From contig CBDCXR010000004.1 of NCBI GenBank assembly GCA_965223845.1, forward strand, positions 6,432,001-6,496,000: a stretch of 64,000 nucleotides of DNA, in the 5' to 3' direction. Below the pieces are notes generated by a model, which was not told the DNA's origin, did not search any database, and saw nothing but the letters and a program-made list of their open reading frames with translations. A program made the position numbers and the translations under genes. Origin of the DNA: Planctomycetota bacterium. Its GTDB lineage: Bacteria > Planctomycetota > UBA8108 > SXIK01. Shown here one piece after another: positions 57,664 through 64,000 of the stretch. Within the stretch, counting starts at the first letter, position 1; each line of letters opens with the position of its first letter.

Positions 57664-59034
57664 TCAGTTGGTCGTCGCCTCCGTTGTCTCGTTCACCAGC
57701 TCGGTGAGCAAGTCGACGAGTTTTCGGAGGTCGAAGGGCTTTGCGAGGTAGCCGTCGCACCCAGCATTCACGCACTCCGCCGGCGTCACGCCGGTCGATT
57801 GGGCCGTGAGCATGACGATCGGGCAGTCGATCCCTTCGGAGCGGATGACACGAGTCGCTTCGAGTCCGTCGATGACCGGCATCTGGAGGTCCATGAGAAT
57901 GAGGTCGAACGGCTGACTCGTCGCGAGCTCGATCGCTTCTTCGCCGTTGCTCGCGGTCGAAACGGTCGCGCCGGCCCGCTCGAGTGCGCTTTGTGCGATC
58001 ACCCGGTTTGCGATGCCATCCTCGACGAGGAGGACGCGCTCCCGCAGCCTCGGGACGCCGTTCGAGGACGTGCTTTCTCCTTCTTCGCCGTCGTTCTCAC
58101 GGACGAGATCGACGTCGAGAAATACGGAGAACGTGCTCCCGGTGCCGACGGAGCTCTCGACTCCGATGGTTCCCCGCATCGTCTGCGCGACGTGGCGAGT
58201 GATGGCGAGCCCGAGCCCGAGTCCGCCGTATTGTCGAGTGACGGAGCTGTCGGCCTGGACGAACGGTTCGAAGATCGACGCGTGCATGTTGCGCGGGACC
58301 CCGATTCCCGTATCGGAGACGTCGACCCGAAGGCGGCAGGTGTTGTCGTCGATCTCGTGGTCGACGTCGATCGTCACGCGGCCAGAATCCGTGAACTTGA
58401 TCGCGTTCGTGACGAGGTTTGCGAGCATCTGCCGGAGCCGCGCGGGATCACTTTCGACCAGCGGCGGAAGCGGAGTGCGGATGACGAGATTGAGGCTGAG
58501 CCCCTTCTCTTCTGCTCGCGGTCGCATCGAGGACACGAGTTCACCGAATACGCTCTCGGGAGCGAACGGTACCCGGTCGAACGTGAGCTCGCCGGACTCG
58601 ATCTTCGAAAGCTCGAGGATCTGATCGATGATGCCAACTAGGTGCTCAGCGCTGTTCTCGATGATCTTGAGCCACTCGAGCCGCTTCTTCGTGCTGCTGC
58701 CTTCGGCGTTGACGAGGAGAAGCTGCGCGAACCCCGTGATCGCGTTCAGCGGAGTTCGAATTTCGTGGCTCATGTTGGAGAGAAAGAGACTCTTCGCCGC
58801 CCTCTGCTCGGCCTCGGTCGGCGCGCGGGCGACACCGGCACTCGCTGGGACGAAACGGCTGGAAGTTCTCGCGTCGTTGTCGCCGGGATCATTCCGCGAG
58901 GACAGGATCTTCTCTTCGAGATCGCCGATCGCAGCTAGAAGGCGTTCTCCGCGAGTGGCGTCGAGCTCCGCCGCCAAGCTCCGGAGCGGGTCCAAATCGA
59001 ACTCGGGACCAGTCATTTCGTTCCGTCCATGCAT
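57664..59034 (-). CDS. Cytoplasmic hybrid histidine kinase/response regulator (HisKA-HATPase-REC)
   Basis: AKSLFLSNMSHEIRTPLN (H box), RLRQMLANLVTNAIKFT, DTGIG, FVQAD, GLGLGLAI; REC with VLLVED, ILMDLQMP, LAKPF; start 59034 or 59016. Confidence 0.95.
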   Translation of the reverse strand: MHGRNEMTGPEFDLDPLRSLAAELDATRGERLLAAIGDLEEKILSSRNDPGDNDARTSSRFVPASAGVARAPTEAEQRAAKSLFLSNMSHEIRTPLNAITGFAQLLLVNAEGSSTKKRLEWLKIIENSAEHLVGIIDQILELSKIESGELTFDRVPFAPESVFGELVSSMRPRAEEKGLSLNLVIRTPLPPLVESDPARLRQMLANLVTNAIKFTDSGRVTIDVDHEIDDNTCRLRVDVSDTGIGVPRNMHASIFEPFVQADSSVTRQYGGLGLGLAITRHVAQTMRGTIGVESSVGTGSTFSVFLDVDLVRENDGEEGESTSSNGVPRLRERVLLVEDGIANRVIAQSALERAGATVSTASNGEEAIELATSQPFDLILMDLQMPVIDGLEATRVIRSEGIDCPIVMLTAQSTGVTPAECVNAGCDGYLAKPFDLRKLVDLLTELVNETTEATTN

Positions 59035-59276
59035 CCTCGAGAGTTACCTACGTGAAGGATCGACCGAAACGTGTACGGCCATGAGCAGAACGACCGTACC
59101 GGACGATCCCCGCACTTGGACGGAACGCGCGGGTTATCGGTCGCGCGACGCCGAAGTGAGCGGGTGCATCACGACGGTTTGGCGACGCGGCGAAGAGGAG
59201 GGATGACGGAGCGGGGGGAGGGGCGTAGTCAGCGGCGTCTCGTTCTCCCCCTTCGAGTCCGATCTTCCGCGAACGA

Positions 59277-60227
59277 CTAGCGTCCACCTCCGGGGAGCGG
59301 CAGTACGTGGAGCTCTCCCTTGTTGAAGAGCGGGACGAGGAGGCGGCCGCGCTCAGCGTCGTAGCCCACGTCGGCCGGCGCGTCGAGCGAGTCGAAGGCG
59401 GCGACGATTTCAGCGCCCCGCGACTGAAACACGCAGCTCCCTTCCCAGCTCGTCGCGAACAGGCTGCCATCACCCGTTCGGATCAGACCGTCTCCCTGGG
59501 CCTTCGGCAGCTTCACGATGGGAGCGCGGACTCCGTCGCGCGCGAGGCGGTAGATCTCTCCTCGCGTCCAATTGACCACAATCACGCCGTGAGCGTCCGC
59601 GAGGAGTCCATTCGGCTGACCGAGATCGACGCTCTTCGCGATTGTGCTCACCGTATCGTCCGGCGCGATCGCGTAGACCGCGTCCGTCTCACTCGACGTG
59701 AAACCCGGGCCGAGACCGGTGTCCGATACGTAAACCGTTCCGTCGTTCGCCGCCGCGAGATCGTTGAGAAACGTTGCGCCGGGAATCGAGATGCTGCCGA
59801 GCTCCGATCCCGTTTCGCGCGCGAACTTTCGCACCACCGTGACGTCGGTGACATAGAGAACCTCGTCGACGATGGCGAGGCCCTTGGGCGCGTTGAGCGT
59901 CACGTCCTCCCGGCTGCCGTCGATCCACTTCAGCTCGGCGATCGTTCCATCGGGACGGACGCGGCTGATGAATCCCTTCCCGTCGTCGCCGAACGGACTC
60001 CCATTGATGTTCGAGACGAGATAGAGATCCGTGCTCGTGTCGTGGAGAGCCGACTCGGGAACGCTGAACCCCACGATGGCGAAAGGCTCCTTCGCCGCAT
60101 CGTCGTCGAGCGACGCGCACCCGGTGAGGGTGAGGCAAACCGTAAGGAATGCCAGGGGCCCTGCCGCCCTCGCGGCCGGGGCGTTCGGTGATCTGAAACG
60201 TCGGCGGAATCGAGGAGGCCGCAGCAT
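59277..60227 (-). CDS. SMP-30/gluconolactonase-family beta-propeller lipoprotein
   Basis: Lipobox LTLTGC; GFSVPES, YLVSNING, LNAPKG, FLNDL, PNGL, GDGL, PADVG. Confidence 0.85.
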   Translation of the reverse strand: MLRPPRFRRRFRSPNAPAARAAGPLAFLTVCLTLTGCASLDDDAAKEPFAIVGFSVPESALHDTSTDLYLVSNINGSPFGDDGKGFISRVRPDGTIAELKWIDGSREDVTLNAPKGLAIVDEVLYVTDVTVVRKFARETGSELGSISIPGATFLNDLAAANDGTVYVSDTGLGPGFTSSETDAVYAIAPDDTVSTIAKSVDLGQPNGLLADAHGVIVVNWTRGEIYRLARDGVRAPIVKLPKAQGDGLIRTGDGSLFATSWEGSCVFQSRGAEIVAAFDSLDAPADVGYDAERGRLLVPLFNKGELHVLPLPGGGR

Positions 60228-60481
60228 CGGAGAAGCTCCTGAAGTCGAAGAAGATCGGCGGTCGCCGTCCTGCGGGCGCAGAGACCCGGTCGGCGACGGC
60301 GGAACGAGTTCTCGGAAGGAGAGCACAAGGTATCCCCGCGCGAGTCGAATGCAAGTGAGGCCGGTGCCCGCCGAGTGCCCGCGGTTTGGCCAGTTCAGGA
60401 TCCGAACGCGCGGAGCCGAAAAAGAAGGAGCTCCTCGGAGTGCCTTCGCCCTTTCTCCGCTTTCTGAATCGAGGTTTTCTC

Positions 60482-61537
60482 ATGAGCTCCCCTCTCCGCT
60501 CGCTCATCGACTGTGGCACAAAGCTCTGGCTGGACTCGATCGACCCGGAGCTCGTCGAAACGAGCCGAAGGCTAGGCGCGACCGGCGCGACATCGAATCC
60601 GGTAATCGTCGCCGGGATTCTCGAGAGCGGTCGATACGACGACCAAATCATCGAGCTCGCGGAGAAGGGGCTCGACGACGACGCGATCGCCTGGGAGATG
60701 ACGGATCGCCTCGTTCGCGCGGCGCAGGCGGTTTTCGCACGGGTGTGGGAAGACACGGACGGCGACGACGGGTACGTCAGCTTCGAGGTCGACCCGCTTC
60801 TCGAAGATGCGGAGCTCGGACTCGACCACGATGAGCGGGTGAAGCGGTACGTCGAACTCGCGTCTCGCTGGGCCGAGGGGCACACCAACCGAATGATCAA
60901 AGTGCCGGCGACGCCCGCGGGACTCGATGCTCTCGAAGAAATTGCCGCGGCGGGAGTCACTCTCAACGTCACGCTCATCTTCACTGCCGATCAGTACCGC
61001 GCGGCGCGCGACGCGGTCTGGCGCGGAGCCCAGCGGCGTGCGAATCCGGATTCACTGAAGAGCGTCTACAGTATCTTCGTCTCTCGCCTCGACGCGTACA
61101 CGGCCAAGCACGTCCCGAGCTTGAGCGAAGAGGCGCAAGGGATGGTCGGAATCGTGAACGCACAGAAGATCTGGGCGGAGAACGAGGCGTTCTGGGCGGA
61201 CAGGGGTCTCGCGAGGAAGCAGGAAATCATCTTCGCGAGCACCGGAACGAAGAATCCGAAAGAATCTCCTGACCGCTACGTGGAAGCGCTCGCCGGATCA
61301 GACATCCAAACGAATCCGCCGGCGACGAACGACGCTGCTGAAGCGTCGAGAAAAACGTACACGCGAACGGTCGACCGGCTGCCGCCGGATGCCGTGCTCG
61401 AGGAGATCGAGCGCGAGGTCGACACCGTCGCGATGCACCGCGTTCTCATGGAGGAGGGCATCGCGAAGTTCGCGGATCCGCACAAGGCGCTCCTCCGTTT
61501 GATCGAGGAGAAGCGCGGATCGTTGGCGGTGCGTTGA
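60482..61537 (+). CDS. tal: Transaldolase
   Basis: [27 protein letters not shown] (Schiff-base Lys), [21 protein letters not shown]. Confidence 0.93.
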   Translation: MSSPLRSLIDCGTKLWLDSIDPELVETSRRLGATGATSNPVIVAGILESGRYDDQIIELAEKGLDDDAIAWEMTDRLVRAAQAVFARVWEDTDGDDGYVSFEVDPLLEDAELGLDHDERVKRYVELASRWAEGHTNRMIKVPATPAGLDALEEIAAAGVTLNVTLIFTADQYRAARDAVWRGAQRRANPDSLKSVYSIFVSRLDAYTAKHVPSLSEEAQGMVGIVNAQKIWAENEAFWADRGLARKQEIIFASTGTKNPKESPDRYVEALAGSDIQTNPPATNDAAEASRKTYTRTVDRLPPDAVLEEIEREVDTVAMHRVLMEEGIAKFADPHKALLRLIEEKRGSLAVR

Positions 61538-61719
61538 CCGGGAGACTTCGTTCCCCTACCCAGCTCCGTTCCCGTTTCGGAAGGGGCGACAGCAGGGCGC
61601 CAGCGAACGACTTCGTCGCCGGCTCGATCGCGACGGACGTCCAGGTGCGCTCGAGCATCCGAGGGGACGAGGCGGACGAGGGGGAACGGCAACGAGAGCG
61701 GGTACGGGAAACGAGGACC

Positions 61720-63999
61720 TCAGCGCGGGCGAAACAGCCCGTGCTTCTTCAGGCGCGAAACGAGCGAGTTGCGATTCCGAACTCCCGCCCGCCGCGCGGC
61801 CTCTGAGAGATTCCCTCCCGCGCCTTCGACGAGTTCCTCGAGGAAGCGTCGCTCCGCCGCGCGGCAGAGCGCATCGAACTCGCCGAGTGACATCGTCGCG
61901 GGGTCCGTAGCGAAGAGCTGCGCCCGCGCGTCCGCCGCTCCGGGGGCGTTCGAGCTCGAGTCTCGGTTCTCTCCGCTCACTTGCTTCGCGAGCCGGCCGA
62001 TCGTCGTCGCTCGTGCGGAAGTCGCGTCGCCTCCCGGTATCTCCCCGAGCGACGCGCGATCGATCTGCGAGCCCTCCCCGAGGATGACCGCGCTCTCGAT
62101 CGTGTGCTCGAGCTCGCGAACGTTTCCGCGCCAAGGGCGTGCGACAAGCTCCCGCATCGCGTCTTCGGTGATGTCGTTGACGACTCGTCCGTACTTTTCG
62201 CTCGCTCGATGGACGAAGTGCCGCGCGAGGAGTGGAATGTCCTCGATGCGGTCGCGAAGAGGCGGGATCTCTACTCGGACGACGTTCAGGCGATAGTAGA
62301 GGTCTTCGCGAAACGTTCCTTCCGCGACGGCCGCAGCGAGATCGATGTTCGATGCGGCCACGACGCGAACGTCGATTTTCCGCATGCGATTCTCGCCGAG
62401 GCGACGGATCTCTCCTTCTTGGAGGACGCGGAGGAGTTTCGCCTGAAGATCGAGGCTCGTGTTCGAGATCTCGTCGAGGAAGATCGTTCCGCCGTCCGCC
62501 TCCTGAAAGAGTCCCGCGCGCGCATGGATCGCGCCGGAAAACGCCCCGCGTTCGTGCCCGAAGAGCTCGCTCTCGAGGAGCGAACCCGGAAGTGCGCCGC
62601 AGTCGACGGCGACGAACGGCCGCTGACTCCGCTCGCTCGCGTAGTGGATGGCGCGCGCGACGACCTCTTTTCCCGTCCCCGTCTCGCCCGCGATGAGAAC
62701 GCCCGCGTCGGTGCGCGCGACCTTCTCGAGGACGTCGAACAGTCGCTGCATCGACGCGCTGCGGCCGATGAGCTGCTGGAATTCGTAGCGGTCTTCGACT
62801 TCCCGTTGGAGCCGGCGGTTCTCTTCCTGAAGCTGCTCGAGCAGACGCGCGTTCTCGACCGCGATCGCCGCGAGCTGAGCGAAGGAGACGAGGTAGTCGA
62901 GATCGTCGCGATCGAATCGCACGGCTCCGCGCCCGTCGACGTAGATCGCCCCGATCACCTCGTCGCGCCGTGCGAGCGGCACGCACATGAGCGTGTGAAT
63001 CTGAAGCGATTTGATGCTCTGCCGCTCGCGGAACCGCTCATCGGCCGCCGCGTCCGTCGCGAGGACGGGACCGCCGCCCTCGGTGACGTCGCGAAGAACG
63101 CTCCGGCAGATGTCGGTCGCGTCTTCGACCGACTCGGCGGCCATGCCGCGCGCGGCGCGCGTGAGGAATTGTCCGTCGCGTTCCTTGAGAAGCACGAGTC
63201 CCTTCTCCGCGTGTGTCGTTTCGATCGCGACCTGAAGAACGTGGTCGAGGAGCGGATCGAGCTCGCGGAACGAGTGCATCCCGGCGGCGAGGCGGTGGAA
63301 GGAGCGCTCGCGACGCCGCGCCTCGCGGCGGGTCCGAGCGGCGGAGTCGCGGTGGCGCCCGTCGATTTCACGATGGAGCGCGTGGTGTTCGAGGAATTTC
63401 GTTCGCAGCTCGGGATCGTCGAAGTCATCGGCCGTTCGGCGAAGGTGTACGTAGGCTCGGCGGAGAGCGTCGTCCGCTTCTTCTTCTCGAACTTCGACAT
63501 CGCCGGGAGTACCGGAGCGGCGTGCGTCGCGCAGCGCTTCGAGCGCACATCGTCGCTCCCACCAGATCGAAGCGGCGAGGGCGCACCGCCCGCCGCGTTC
63601 AAGCGTCTTGGTGGCTTCACATGTCACGCGCTCGGCCGCGGCAGCGTCACCGCGTGCTCGTTCGAGCTTCGCGCGGAGAAGTGCGAGCTCGAGCTCGCGG
63701 ATGCGGTGCGGAGCGGCACCGAGAAGCTCGCCCAGTTCCGCCATCGTCTGAGCCGCCGAGTCGAGCTCTTCCGCCGCGAGCTGGAACTCCGCTTCGGCGA
63801 GAAGCACGGTGATCCGCGGCGATGGTGACCCCGCTCGCTCGGCGAGCTCACGCGCACGGGAGAGCGCAAGACTCGCCGCGGGTGTACCGTCCGCGAGCCC
63901 GTCGATCCGCGCGAGCCGAACGAGATTCGCGCTCTCGGACGCCGCGTTGCCGTAGCGTTGCGCCATCTCGAGTGCGTCTTCGAGCAGGGGACGCGCCCG
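61720..63999 (-). CDS. Sigma-54-dependent activator (TPR-like helices - GAF - AAA+ - Fis HTH); 5' truncated by window edge
   Basis: Frame is open to the window end; LMCVPL...IGAIYVD (GAF); GETGTGKE, ESELFGHERGAFSGA, FLDEI, FREDLYYRLNV, WRGNVREL; GNLSEAARRAG HTH. Confidence 0.93.
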   Translation of the reverse strand, partial: RARPLLEDALEMAQRYGNAASESANLVRLARIDGLADGTPAASLALSRARELAERAGSPSPRITVLLAEAEFQLAAEELDSAAQTMAELGELLGAAPHRIRELELALLRAKLERARGDAAAAERVTCEATKTLERGGRCALAASIWWERRCALEALRDARRSGTPGDVEVREEEADDALRRAYVHLRRTADDFDDPELRTKFLEHHALHREIDGRHRDSAARTRREARRRERSFHRLAAGMHSFRELDPLLDHVLQVAIETTHAEKGLVLLKERDGQFLTRAARGMAAESVEDATDICRSVLRDVTEGGGPVLATDAAADERFRERQSIKSLQIHTLMCVPLARRDEVIGAIYVDGRGAVRFDRDDLDYLVSFAQLAAIAVENARLLEQLQEENRRLQREVEDRYEFQQLIGRSASMQRLFDVLEKVARTDAGVLIAGETGTGKEVVARAIHYASERSQRPFVAVDCGALPGSLLESELFGHERGAFSGAIHARAGLFQEADGGTIFLDEISNTSLDLQAKLLRVLQEGEIRRLGENRMRKIDVRVVAASNIDLAAAVAEGTFREDLYYRLNVVRVEIPPLRDRIEDIPLLARHFVHRASEKYGRVVNDITEDAMRELVARPWRGNVRELEHTIESAVILGEGSQIDRASLGEIPGGDATSARATTIGRLAKQVSGENRDSSSNAPGAADARAQLFATDPATMSLGEFDALCRAAERRFLEELVEGAGGNLSEAARRAGVRNRNSLVSRLKKHGLFRPR

Positions 64000-64000
64000 C

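Noticed and set aside
62525-62560. GAFSGA instead of GAFTGA in the sigma-54 activator as a sign of sigma-54 independence
   Set aside because: GAFSGA is a known tolerated natural variant.
1-64000. Hundreds of long alternative-frame and antisense ORFs (e.g. 25505-27154 -, 42601-44424 -, 48463-50253 -, 61981-63828 +)
   Set aside because: Arg/Ser/Pro-rich shadows of real genes in high-GC DNA; no family motifs, and they overlap well-supported CDS.

Overview
GC-rich bacterial chromosomal window, almost certainly Planctomycetota. It has two PSCyt1/DUF1549/DUF1553 + DUF1501 pairs, a planctomycete cytochrome c-LRR protein, a DUF1080-ThuA protein and C-terminal dockerin-like modules. About 37 CDS are supportable. 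They include the end of a MacAB-TolC-type exporter, many exported hydrolases and oxidoreductases (D-aminoacylase/serine-hydrolase fusion, cytochrome c-PQQ sugar dehydrogenase, sialidase, PhoX, M20 peptidase), housekeeping purE, hpf-like and tal genes, a CotH kinase-dockerin protein, a stand-alone DUF4011-SF1 helicase-Vsr-like (Hhe-type) defence gene, a hybrid histidine kinase and a truncated sigma-54 activator. No rRNA, tRNA, CRISPR, integrase or transposase was seen. The most unusual stretch is 9.3-13.9 kb: a putative cohesin-dockerin adaptor, then a signal-peptide-bearing dikinase with glucan-water-dikinase domain order (unknown domain, phospho-His swivel, ATP-grasp), then an orphan acyl-carrier-protein/FGE-sulfatase-fold fusion. 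Also notable are a dispersed ~42-bp ACGAAG-rich repeat family forming a MITE-like element, a TolC with an extra N-terminal membrane hairpin and a large insertion, and an apparently degenerate nuclease site in the Hhe-like protein. All family calls come from motif recognition by eye; no database search was run.
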